DNA of 64,000 nt from Candidatus Omnitrophota bacterium (GTDB taxonomy: Bacteria; Omnitrophota; Gorgyraeia; Zapsychrales; Zapsychraceae), in NCBI GenBank assembly GCA_029261055.1, contig JAJDCA010000003.1, forward strand, positions 3,641 to 67,640. The letters are read 5' to 3'. Shown here in pieces: positions 1-8,168 of this stretch. The notes under the pieces are model-generated. The model made no database searches, was not told the DNA's origin, and worked only from the letters and a program-made list of their open reading frames with translations. The translations under genes were made by a program, and so were the position numbers. Every line of letters starts with the position of its first letter. Position 1 is the first letter of the stretch.

Positions 1-19
1 ATCAAAGGATTATTATACT

Positions 20-568
20 TTGTCTAAGGAGATGATTTGTTTGGACAGGCAAAAAGAGGAAAAAATTGTGACGCCTGAGGTTGTGCGTACTGAGAAGGTT
101 TCAAAGTCTTCTGAGGTAACCAAAATGGCAGAGCTCGAAGAAGCTTTGCGGGTTGTAGAAGAAGAAAGGGTTAAGCAAGAAGAGGTTGTTGCAAATTCAA
201 ATCAAGAGGCTGAAACGATTGCAGTTACAGGGGTTGATTCGAAGGAACCAAATTTTAAATCGTTATCGCCAAAAATGCGGGGGGTTATAAAGGAAGAAAT
301 AAAAGAGTTTATTTCTACCAAGTTCATTATCCAAGCGACCAATGCTAAGACGGTATATGTTACAGGTAGTTTTAATGACTGGTCTTTGGATAATGCTTGC
401 CGTTTGAGGGGGGATAACGGAACGTGGGAGGTTGATATTTCCTTGAAGCCTGGTCTTTACAAATATCAATTTATTGTGGATGGTATATGGATGGAGGACC
501 CCGGTAATGAGCGCAAAGAGCGCAATTCTTTTGGGGACATTAACTCTCTTGTTGAGGTAACGGTTTAG
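20..568 (+). CDS. CBM48 / AMPK-beta glycogen-binding-domain protein with a charged Glu/Lys-rich N-terminal region
   Basis: The C-terminal ~85 aa (VYVTGSFNDWS...LKPGLYKYQFIVDGIWMEDPGN) match the AMPK1_CBM/CBM48 signature. The start may be the internal ATG at 32, which follows AAGGAG. Confidence 0.7.
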   Translation: MSKEMICLDRQKEEKIVTPEVVRTEKVSKSSEVTKMAELEEALRVVEEERVKQEEVVANSNQEAETIAVTGVDSKEPNFKSLSPKMRGVIKEEIKEFISTKFIIQATNAKTVYVTGSFNDWSLDNACRLRGDNGTWEVDISLKPGLYKYQFIVDGIWMEDPGNERKERNSFGDINSLVEVTV

Positions 569-894
569 TGGGTAAGAAATTACCCTGTGAGTCCACGCAG
601 GTTTTGGAGGGGAAAATATTTGCTGTTTTAGCTTACCTTTCAATCTTATGTATCCTTCCGCTTATTTTTAAAAAAAATAATGCTTTTGTTCTCCAGCATG
701 GAAAGCAGGGCTTGGTAATTTTTGTTGGTGAGGTGGCTGTTTTTATTCTCCACATCATGCTTGGTGTGTGGTTTTTACGGTTAGGAATATTTGTTCTTGG
801 GGTACTTTCTTTTATTGGTCTTATGGCTGCCCTCAAAGGCGTTTATATTCGTCTTCCAATAGTTTCTAATATCGCAGATAATATAATTTTATAA
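568..894 (+). CDS. small integral membrane protein (DUF4870-like, 3 TM)
   Basis: Hydrophobic helices are present. The motif YLSILCILPLIF...FVLQHGKQGLVIF resembles the DUF4870 family. It is translationally coupled to the upstream ORF. Confidence 0.45.
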   Translation: MGKKLPCESTQVLEGKIFAVLAYLSILCILPLIFKKNNAFVLQHGKQGLVIFVGEVAVFILHIMLGVWFLRLGIFVLGVLSFIGLMAALKGVYIRLPIVSNIADNIIL

Positions 895-1005
895 GCATTG
901 TGGCTTTGCAGAAGTGGGCTTGTGCAAATGGTCATGAATGTGGTATCCTTAATACAGAGAGGTGGAGGGGCTTAAAATAGCATTTCTCCGGTAGGTATGC
1001 TTTCA

Positions 1006-1512
1006 ATGAAAAATAATTTTAACAATTTAGGGCAAAGTATTATTGAATACATGTTGCTTTTTGCATGTATTGTATTTGTTTTAATATTCTTTCTTGCACC
1101 TAAAGGTCAATTTTCTACGTCTGTCAACAAAGTATTAGATCAATCTATTTCTAGCATTGAGTGCATGGCCCGTTCTGTTTGTTATGAAAAGCTTGATATT
1201 CAATGTCAGCCTGTGTGCGGTAATGGCTGCTGTGAAGCAGGCGAAAAGATGAAAAATACGAGTTTATTTTGTCCAAAGGATTGTAAGGATGAAATTCGTC
1301 GTGAATATTGTGGTAATGGGGTGTGTAGTCGAAGAGAGGGGCGGGGGTTTTGTTTTAATTATTGTACGCTAGATTGTGGCCCGTGTCCTTGGAAGTGTGG
1401 AAATGGAGATATTGAGCCAGGTGAGCAGTGCGATGATGATAACACTATTGTAGGGGATGGGTGTGATGGGCAGTGTCAATGTGAACCTGCTGGGAGTTGT
1501 CCTTCTCCGTAA
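1006..1512 (+). CDS. prepilin-like (class III signal: MKNNFNNLG|QSIIE) protein with Myxococcus-type cysteine-rich repeats
   Basis: The N-terminus has a short basic leader, a Gly cleavage site, Glu at +5 and a hydrophobic helix. It is followed by three CGNGxCExGE...C...DC / GEQCDDDN..GDGCDGQC repeats. Confidence 0.6.
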   Translation: MKNNFNNLGQSIIEYMLLFACIVFVLIFFLAPKGQFSTSVNKVLDQSISSIECMARSVCYEKLDIQCQPVCGNGCCEAGEKMKNTSLFCPKDCKDEIRREYCGNGVCSRREGRGFCFNYCTLDCGPCPWKCGNGDIEPGEQCDDDNTIVGDGCDGQCQCEPAGSCPSP

Positions 1513-1522
1513 TGTAAGGAAA

Positions 1523-1822
1523 TTATCGCCTTTTGAGGTCTCGTAATTTTTGTTTTTGGCTATCCCGCATGTCACGGATACGCTGTTTTTGAGTCCGCAT
1601 CATTTCTTTTTGACGCGCTTTTATTTGTCGAATATTATCTTTCAAGTCATTATGGCGTTTTGAGGAGTCAACTGCATTGAATCTCGGAGATGTTCCTTTA
1701 TATACTTTTTTAATGGCATTGACAAAGCCTAAAAAAAGGGCGAAGGACACGGCAACTCCAAAAATTAGTAATATAACGCCGTCAAAATCTTTCATGATGT
1801 TATAAGTATAAGGTGAAATCAT
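1523..1822 (-). CDS. hypothetical membrane-anchored protein with a highly basic coiled tail
   Basis: One TM helix (ILLIFGVAVSFALFLGFV) is followed by a Lys/Arg/Gln-rich tail. I recognise no family. Confidence 0.35.
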   Translation of the reverse strand: MISPYTYNIMKDFDGVILLIFGVAVSFALFLGFVNAIKKVYKGTSPRFNAVDSSKRHNDLKDNIRQIKARQKEMMRTQKQRIRDMRDSQKQKLRDLKRR

Positions 1823-1905
1823 GTTTTTATCAATTTTATATTAAAGAATTCGAACGCGAGGTGTTATAAGTATTTATTCTAATAATTAGAAAAAAGGGGA
1901 GAAGC

Positions 1906-2226
1906 ATGGATAATCAATATGACTTTAAAAGCGAATGGGAAAAAACTAAAAAGCAGCTAATTAAATTTAGTAAAGAAGCTGTAGAAACGGTTAAGAAAGG
2001 CGAAAAGGAGCTTATTAAGTTTTCGCAAAAAAGTAAAGTTCATATAGACGCTACAGCGGTTAGTTTAAAGAAGGAAAAGTTGTTTTATCTTATCGGAAAA
2101 GAATGTGTGAAAATAAAAATGCCCGAAAAGTTGACCCCGAAACTTCAGAAGCTTTTAGAAGAGTACAAGAAAATCGACAAGCAGCAAAAGGCTTTGCAAG
2201 GAAAAATTAAATCCGCAAAAAAGTAG
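1906..2226 (+). CDS. hypothetical Lys/Glu-rich protein
   Basis: A GGGGAG ribosome-binding site sits 6 nt upstream of the ATG. I recognise no family. Confidence 0.4.
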   Translation: MDNQYDFKSEWEKTKKQLIKFSKEAVETVKKGEKELIKFSQKSKVHIDATAVSLKKEKLFYLIGKECVKIKMPEKLTPKLQKLLEEYKKIDKQQKALQGKIKSAKK

Positions 2227-2352
2227 TTCTTATGCTCAAGTACAAATTATGCAGAAATCTGTGTAAAGATCTCAGGTTTGTTTTGTTTGAGTGTGTTCCT
2301 GTATTAAAATTTCAAAAATAGTTAATATTTCTATGGATAATGTGGTAATTTG

Positions 2353-2419
2353 CAGTTAATATGAGCACACGCTCAAAAGAACATTACAGTTAATATGAGC
2401 ATATGCTCATATTAACTGT
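2353..2419. promoter_or_regulatory. operator: perfect 34-bp palindrome ACAGTTAATATGAGCAT|ATGCTCATATTAACTGT (2386-2419) plus a third half-site copy (2353-2367)
   Basis: Read directly from the sequence. It ends 20 bp upstream of the ATG of the DUF134 regulator gene. Confidence 0.55.
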
Positions 2420-2439
2420 GGTGATTGAGGGAGGGAAAA

Positions 2440-2829
2440 ATGAAAAAAGGTCGACGAAAAAAGGTTCGATATGTTCAGCATATGCCTAAAGTTGATCAAT
2501 TTAGTCCTCGTGGACGGCCTGGCCGGCCGGATGAAGTTGAATTAAGGGTTGATCGTTATGAGGCTATAAAGTTGGCAGATTTTCAAGGGTATAGTCAGTC
2601 CGAAGGTGCTACCTTAATGGGGTTGTCCCGACCAACTTTTGGTAGAATTTTACGTGAAGGGCGTAAAATATTGGCCGATGCATTGGTTAATGGTAAGACT
2701 ATCTATATTCGCAATGGCAGTATTCAAATAGGAGTTTTAAAGAAGACGTTTCCGCATAAAAAAGACCTTGTTAATGCTCAGCGGGCGGAAAGTTTTGTTC
2801 GCCGCAAAATCATTGCAAATCAAGTGTGA
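2440..2829 (+). CDS. DUF134/UPF0251 family putative DNA-binding protein (sigma-70 region-4-like HTH)
   Basis: SPRGRPGRP...EAIKLADFQGYSQSEGATLMGLSRPTFGRIL...ALVNGKTIYIRNG matches the DUF134 consensus. The ATG at 2440 follows GAGGGAGGG. The track ORF at 2425 uses an upstream TTG. Confidence 0.75.
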   Translation: MKKGRRKKVRYVQHMPKVDQFSPRGRPGRPDEVELRVDRYEAIKLADFQGYSQSEGATLMGLSRPTFGRILREGRKILADALVNGKTIYIRNGSIQIGVLKKTFPHKKDLVNAQRAESFVRRKIIANQV

Positions 2830-2978
2830 ATTTTTCAACAAAAGAGATGTCAGTAGGATAGAATATGGGTAAATATTTATGTGTTTTGTGGGGTTTTATT
2901 GCGCATTATTAACTTCCTATAATATATATTATGTTAAGTACGTGAATATAATTTTTCATGAAACGCCATTTTTATAAA

Positions 2979-3359
2979 CTACAGCAAGTTCTTTATTTTC
3001 TTTAATAAATTTACTGTTTTAAATGGTTTGATAATGAAGTCATCAGCCCCAAAGTCTTTGTACGCATCTTCAATATAGGATTTTTCATAGGAATTTGAAG
3101 TAAAGGTTATGACTGGGATTTTGTTAGAAAAAGTAGTTTTAATCTCTTCACACAAGGTGTATCCATCCTTGTAAGGCATTAATATGTCTAATAAAATTAA
3201 ATCAGGCGTATCTGTTTTAATAATTTTTAAAGCATTTTTCGGGAAATTTAATGTTGTTACAGAAAATCCATTTTTTGTTAGAATCGATTCAAGCATGTGG
3301 AGCGTTCCAGAATCATCATCAATTACCATAATTTTTTTATCTATATTTTTTTCTTTCAT
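2979..3359 (-). CDS. single-domain response regulator (CheY-like receiver)
   Basis: MVIDDD...DLILLDILMP...KPF receiver signature. The start was moved to an internal Met to remove a 17-nt overlap. Confidence 0.8.
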   Translation of the reverse strand: MKEKNIDKKIMVIDDDSGTLHMLESILTKNGFSVTTLNFPKNALKIIKTDTPDLILLDILMPYKDGYTLCEEIKTTFSNKIPVITFTSNSYEKSYIEDAYKDFGADDFIIKPFKTVNLLKKIKNLL

Positions 3360-3378
3360 AAATATTTCCTTTTTATTC

Positions 3379-3732
3379 TTAGATGGTCCGTTCAATTTGA
3401 GATAAAAGATCTTTTGAATTAAAGGGTTTTGTCATAAAAGAACTAATACCTTCCAATTCAAATAATTCTTCTGTGTGCGTTTTAGCCGTTAAAATCAAAA
3501 TTGGGATAGTTTTGAGGTCATCATGCCATTTTAACTCTTTGACGAGCGAGTATCCATCCATTGCAGGCATGGAAACATCTAGAACAATTAAATCAGGGTG
3601 GATTCTCTTTGCTTCTGCAAAACCGTGAACCCCATCAGATGCAGTAATTACTTCATAACCGTTGGATTCTAGTCGAATTTGGAGGAGTTCTCGTAATGTT
3701 GGATCATCATCAACCACAAGTATTTTTTTCAT
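3379..3732 (-). CDS. single-domain response regulator (CheY-like receiver)
   Basis: MKKILVVDDDPTLRELL...DLIVLDVSMPAMDGY...TAKT...KPF. Confidence 0.85.
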   Translation of the reverse strand: MKKILVVDDDPTLRELLQIRLESNGYEVITASDGVHGFAEAKRIHPDLIVLDVSMPAMDGYSLVKELKWHDDLKTIPILILTAKTHTEELFELEGISSFMTKPFNSKDLLSQIERTI

Positions 3733-3810
3733 TTCGCCTCCCTATTTTAAGTAAATCTTTCAATGCTTTAAAAATGTTGAGCAATCGAATGCGTAGTGAG
3801 CGCATTAAAC

Positions 3811-3847
3811 CAAAAAAACCTATTCCTGATAATTTAGGAATAGGCCT
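3811..3847 (-). terminator. rho-independent terminator (minus strand): CCTATTCCTaaattatcAGGAATAGG + T7
   Basis: A 9-bp perfect stem followed by a T-run on the minus strand, downstream of the receiver gene at 4073. Confidence 0.5.
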
Positions 3848-3859
3848 TGGTTTGATGTT

Positions 3860-4000
3860 CTTTTTTCGGTAACCAGGCTATCCTTTTTCAGGACCCTTAG
3901 CTTTGCCCCTGCTTCGCTCAATTACTTTTGTGTTGATGCGTTTCGCAGGGCTCCGTCCGTTTTTTTAACGGCCAGAGGCCCCCAGGTTACCCCAGGTTTG
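3860..4000 (-). ncRNA. candidate structured small RNA (unclassified)
   Basis: A GC-rich island sits in a 340-bp non-coding gap of an AT-rich genome. GGTAACCAGG (3870) pairs with CCAGGTTACC (3982) to close a ~120-nt element. A terminator lies immediately 3' on the minus strand. No ORF is present. Confidence 0.2.
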
Positions 4001-4072
4001 CCTTTTCGTTTTACTTATTTTTTTTGACACCTTAAGTATAAAACATTTTTCTTGAGATTGCCAATTTTTAGC

Positions 4073-4450
4073 TTAATTTAAAGTTTTATTTATTTCGTCA
4101 ATCAATTCATCAGCTTCAAAGGGTTTGGCAATAGATTTGTAATATGTACCACCAACGTTGATACCGCGCTCTTCATTCCCCTCTCCTTTTTTACCATATA
4201 CTCCTGTGAGAAAAATAACGGGAATATTCTTTGTTTTTTCATCTATTTTAAGAGATTTAACAGCATCTCCTCCCGACATGTTTGGCATCATGATATCCAT
4301 TAAAATGAGGTCAGGAGCTTCTTGCTGTGCGGCAGCAACGCCTTCTTTGCCATCTGACGCGGTAACAACTTCGAAGCTATTTGCTTCTAATCGTTTTTTG
4401 ACAAAAGCAATAATGGTTGGTTCATCATCGACAATAAGTATTTTTTTCAT
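4073..4450 (-). CDS. single-domain response regulator (receiver with Gly-rich insertion)
   Basis: MKKILIVDDEPT...DLILMDIMMPNMSGG...KPF. It has a 4-nt ATGA overlap with upstream xdhC. Confidence 0.8.
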   Translation of the reverse strand: MKKILIVDDEPTIIAFVKKRLEANSFEVVTASDGKEGVAAAQQEAPDLILMDIMMPNMSGGDAVKSLKIDEKTKNIPVIFLTGVYGKKGEGNEERGINVGGTYYKSIAKPFEADELIDEINKTLN

Positions 4451-5253
4451 TTTTTACCTTTTGTAAATTTTTCTGTCCTTGTAAATTTTTTATTTGTTTG
4501 TTTGATTAATTCAGCACTAATTGATAAAGCGATTTCTTCCGGGGTTTGGGCTCCAATATCTAGGCCGGCTGGAATGTTGATTTTATTAAGATATTTTGAC
4601 GAGATACCTGATTTTCTTAGTTGATCAAGAAATTTAATGCGTTTTGTTTTGCTGGAAATAACACCAATGTAACTTGCTTTAGATGTAACAACAGTTTTTA
4701 GGCAAGCAAAATCATATTCATTCCCCTGCGTGACAATCATAATATACGTGTTTTGTGTTAGAGGTAACTTTGCTAATTTTTGGGCGTAATTTCCACAAAG
4801 AATTTTGTCAACATGCGGAAATCTATTTTTATTTGCAAAATTACGACGATTATCAAGAACTGTCACGTGATAATTAAGCATTTTACCAATGATTGATAAA
4901 GGTAACGCTATATGGCCGGCTCCACATATAATAAAGTTTTTTTGTCCGGTAAAAGGTTCAATAAAAACTTTTATTTGTCCGCCACAAATGGATTGACCTT
5001 TGTGGCCAAAATAGTCATAAACGACCGTTTTGGGTTTTCCGGATTTAATGGCTTTACGGCATTCTTTTTGTGCGGCAAATTCGTTCCTCCCCCCTCCGAT
5101 TGATCCAAAGAGTGAGCCATCTTCCAAAACAAGCATTTTTGCCCCGGATTTACGTGGTGTGCCTTTAATGGTGGCCTCTATAATGGTTGCTAAGGCATAG
5201 TTTTGTCCTTTTTTACCAGCTTCCAGTGCTTTGGTAAGGAAATCGTAATTCAT
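4447..5253 (-). CDS. xdhC: XdhC/CoxI-family molybdoenzyme maturation (sulfurase/chaperone) protein
   Basis: XdhC N-terminal domain followed by a Rossmann-like domain (FIICGAGHIALPL, GGGRNEF). Confidence 0.75.
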   Translation of the reverse strand: MNYDFLTKALEAGKKGQNYALATIIEATIKGTPRKSGAKMLVLEDGSLFGSIGGGRNEFAAQKECRKAIKSGKPKTVVYDYFGHKGQSICGGQIKVFIEPFTGQKNFIICGAGHIALPLSIIGKMLNYHVTVLDNRRNFANKNRFPHVDKILCGNYAQKLAKLPLTQNTYIMIVTQGNEYDFACLKTVVTSKASYIGVISSKTKRIKFLDQLRKSGISSKYLNKINIPAGLDIGAQTPEEIALSISAELIKQTNKKFTRTEKFTKGKK

Positions 5254-5319
5254 TTCTGCTCCGATACGGGGGCTAATTTTCGCAGGAATGAAGCCTTACC
5301 TGGATGAGTTTGGAATGCT

Positions 5320-5910
5320 TCATTTGACATACGCTTTAATAATTTTTTGTTCCTCTATAGGGCGGTCACCTGGGGCTGTTTGGGTATTTTCAATTTTTTC
5401 TACAACATCGTAACCGGAAACAACTTCACCGAAAATAGTATGCTTCATATGGAGCCATGTCGTCGGCGCGGTTGTAATAAAAAATTGGCTGCCGTTGGTA
5501 TTGGGACCGGCATTCGCCATCGCTAAAAGGCCTTTTCGGTCAAATTTTATATTTTGATCAAATTCATCTTCAAATTTTCCACCCCAAAGGCTTTCCCCTC
5601 CGCGGCCGGTACCAGTTGGATCTCCTCCTTGGACCATAAAATTCTTAATTACACGGTGGAAAATAATACCGTCGTAATATCCTTTTTTAATTAGACCGAG
5701 TATATTTTCGCAGGTTTTTGGGGCACTATCCGGGAATAAGTTGATTTCTATCTTGCCTTGATTTGTTTCAAAAATAATAACTGTTTTTTGGTTTGAAGTT
5801 TGGGTATCATCTTTTTGAGATTCTTCAGGGATTGAAGAAGTTGAAGAAGCGTTTGAGTTTAATGTAAAAAGTAACATGAGTATGCTTAATCCAAGTATTT
5901 TTGTTGTCAT
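5320..5910 (-). CDS. ppiB: secreted cyclophilin-type peptidyl-prolyl cis-trans isomerase
   Basis: Signal peptide. [36 protein letters not shown] and HTIFGEVV match the cyclophilin fold. Confidence 0.9.
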   Translation of the reverse strand: MTTKILGLSILMLLFTLNSNASSTSSIPEESQKDDTQTSNQKTVIIFETNQGKIEINLFPDSAPKTCENILGLIKKGYYDGIIFHRVIKNFMVQGGDPTGTGRGGESLWGGKFEDEFDQNIKFDRKGLLAMANAGPNTNGSQFFITTAPTTWLHMKHTIFGEVVSGYDVVEKIENTQTAPGDRPIEEQKIIKAYVK

Positions 5911-5913
5911 TGT

Positions 5914-7131
5914 TTATTCCTTATTTTTGTCTGGTTCTTGGGTATTGTCCTGATTTGGTTGTTCTTCTGAAAGTGGAGGGTTTGGATCTACAGGTGGCTC
6001 TTCAGGAGGTAGTGATGCTTCTTTTGGTTTTTCAGAGAGATCTTGTTGTTCCATCTCTTCTTTCTTTTCTTTTTCTACTTCTTTGGCAGGAGGTTGTTCT
6101 TCTGTTTTTTGTGGTTCAGGCGGTGGTGCAGTTTCCGGTATAGGCGGTTGAGCTTGAACAGGTTTTTGTAATAGCTTAATTTCTTTGTTTTTTTCTTCAA
6201 TAGTTTTTTCAAAAATGGTTATTTTTTCTTCTAATTGATTAATCCGTTTTTGAGAATTTTCCTTATCAGATTTTTCTGTATTTAACTCAGCATGAACGTC
6301 TTTAGTTTTGTCTTTAGCTTCTTTAATTTCTTTTTCTAACAAATCTTTGATTTTATTGAACTCTTTTCTATTTTTTAATTCATTTTCGAGGTTCGTTTTT
6401 GTTTTTTCTAATTCAAGGCTTTTTTCTTGAAATAAGCTATCAAGTCGAGTATGTTTTTCTTTAAGTTCGTCTAGCTGGGATGTTAAGTTGATTTCATTCT
6501 CAATCTCTTTTTCTTCCTCTTCAGATAGAGGTTTCCCGATAGGAATTTCTTCTCCAATAGGGGCTGGAGTATCAGTTTGAGACGGAATGATCGTTTCTGT
6601 TAAAGGGGATAGTATGGATGTTTCTTCAGCAGAAGGTTGTTCAACATGTTCAGTTTCTGGGATTGTTTCCTTCGCTAAAAAATCTTTTAGGTTGGGTAGA
6701 GGCTTGGATTCTGGCAGGTCGCTCAATGGATCTGCTGAATCAAGTTTATTTTTTTTAAATTTATCAAAAATATTTGTGAGTTTTTCAGGGAGTTTAAACT
6801 TATTTTTTATTTTAGGGGGTGACTCTTCTTGAAGAAAATTAATTTCATCTTCAATAGGTTTCTTTTTACCAAATTGAAATTTTGCAAAAAAATTCTTTTT
6901 AGGTTTTTCTATGAGTGGTTCCATGTCGGATGTATCTTGGGACTCGGGCTCTGCGTTCTTGAAGGCATCTTGTTTGTCAGCATTTAAAATATTGCCTCGA
7001 AGGATTTGGCCGGGGGTTAGTTCTTCCGCGGGGGCGTCTTCGGAAGAAGAGGTTTTGTCCTTAATGAGGATCCAAGCAACAACGCCTAAACCAATGATGG
7101 ATAGAATTACAATTGTAAGAAAAATAGCCAA
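5914..7131 (-). CDS. membrane-anchored Glu/Lys/Pro-rich coiled-coil protein
   Basis: An N-terminal TM helix is followed by a long low-complexity coiled-coil region. I recognise no family. Confidence 0.45.
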   Translation of the reverse strand: MAIFLTIVILSIIGLGVVAWILIKDKTSSSEDAPAEELTPGQILRGNILNADKQDAFKNAEPESQDTSDMEPLIEKPKKNFFAKFQFGKKKPIEDEINFLQEESPPKIKNKFKLPEKLTNIFDKFKKNKLDSADPLSDLPESKPLPNLKDFLAKETIPETEHVEQPSAEETSILSPLTETIIPSQTDTPAPIGEEIPIGKPLSEEEEKEIENEINLTSQLDELKEKHTRLDSLFQEKSLELEKTKTNLENELKNRKEFNKIKDLLEKEIKEAKDKTKDVHAELNTEKSDKENSQKRINQLEEKITIFEKTIEEKNKEIKLLQKPVQAQPPIPETAPPPEPQKTEEQPPAKEVEKEKKEEMEQQDLSEKPKEASLPPEEPPVDPNPPLSEEQPNQDNTQEPDKNKE

Positions 7132-7160
7132 GAGAATACTCCTTTGATATAATCAATTAT

Positions 7161-7775
7161 ATGATTACATGTATTATTTTATCAGCTGGTAAAAGTAGCC
7201 GTTTTGGATCACCAAAGGCTTTAGCTAAACTCAGTCAATGTACTGTTCTCGAACATTTACAGAAGCAATTGATTCATTGTGCACAGGTGACTGAAATTAT
7301 TATTGTTGTTGGAGCCAAAGCTGACCAAATCAAATCTTTTATATTAAACCATAACAAAGTCAAAGTTGTCTACAATAAAGATTATAATTTTGGGCAGACA
7401 TCTTCCTTTAAAGCTGGTTTAAAATATGCAGCACCAGATACTCAAGGTTTTATGTTGTGGCCTGTAGATTATCCGATCATAAAAAATGAAACAATTGATC
7501 AATTAATTAATGCTTTTTTAGAAAATAAATCGAGTATTCTTATCCCTTCTTTTGATGGTCAAAAAGGCCACCCTCCTATTTTTTCTGCATCATTAAAGAA
7601 TGAATTTTTACGTTTAGATAATGCCGTTGGGCTCAACATGGTGGCACGGTCTTATCCAGAATATATAAGTATTCTTCCTGTCGATGATATGGGTGTAATT
7701 ATGAGTTTTAATTCGGAAGAGGAATTCGAAAAAATAAAGGAAAGAAAATTATTGAAAGACGATGACAGCGGCTGA
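7161..7775 (+). CDS. mocA: MobA/MocA-like molybdenum cofactor nucleotidyltransferase
   Basis: ILSAGKSSRFGSPKAL...GHP matches the MobA-like NTP-transferase N-terminal motif. It lies next to the xanthine-dehydrogenase-family genes. Confidence 0.7.
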   Translation: MITCIILSAGKSSRFGSPKALAKLSQCTVLEHLQKQLIHCAQVTEIIIVVGAKADQIKSFILNHNKVKVVYNKDYNFGQTSSFKAGLKYAAPDTQGFMLWPVDYPIIKNETIDQLINAFLENKSSILIPSFDGQKGHPPIFSASLKNEFLRLDNAVGLNMVARSYPEYISILPVDDMGVIMSFNSEEEFEKIKERKLLKDDDSG

Positions 7776-8129
7776 AAAGTTTGCACGGACGTAGGCATTG
7801 CCGATTACGTTTTGAACAGGAAGGCTTTTCCAAGTTCCAGAGGCATCTGTTTTGATAGCTGTTATGGCGTCGCCACCTAGGATGGCTGATTCACGTTTCA
7901 TTTTGTCGAGAACCTCACTCATATATTGTCGTCGTTCAGCATTAATTGTAATGTAGGCAATTACTGTGTGAGGTTTTTCAATATTTTCAACATAAATTAT
8001 TTCATTAGCAGATTTTTTAGACGGATAATAATCTGTTGTGATATCTTTTGAAGTCACACGATAAACGCTGCAGGCCGACGTCAGCGTTAAGAAAATAATT
8101 AGGAAAGAAAGTTTTTTAATAGCATTCAT
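7749..8129 (-). CDS. putative lipoprotein
   Basis: Signal peptide with lipobox (LTLTSAC). I recognise no family. Confidence 0.45.
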   Translation of the reverse strand: MNAIKKLSFLIIFLTLTSACSVYRVTSKDITTDYYPSKKSANEIIYVENIEKPHTVIAYITINAERRQYMSEVLDKMKRESAILGGDAITAIKTDASGTWKSLPVQNVIGNAYVRANFSAAVIVFQ

Positions 8130-8168
8130 AATGGTTAAACCATATCAGAAATTTCTGAAAATTTCTAT

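Noticed and set aside
3733-4072. GC-rich gap considered as SRP/4.5S RNA or tRNA
   Set aside because: I found no match to the conserved SRP domain IV motifs or a tRNA T-loop (GGTTCGAATCC). It is kept only as an unclassified sRNA candidate at low confidence.
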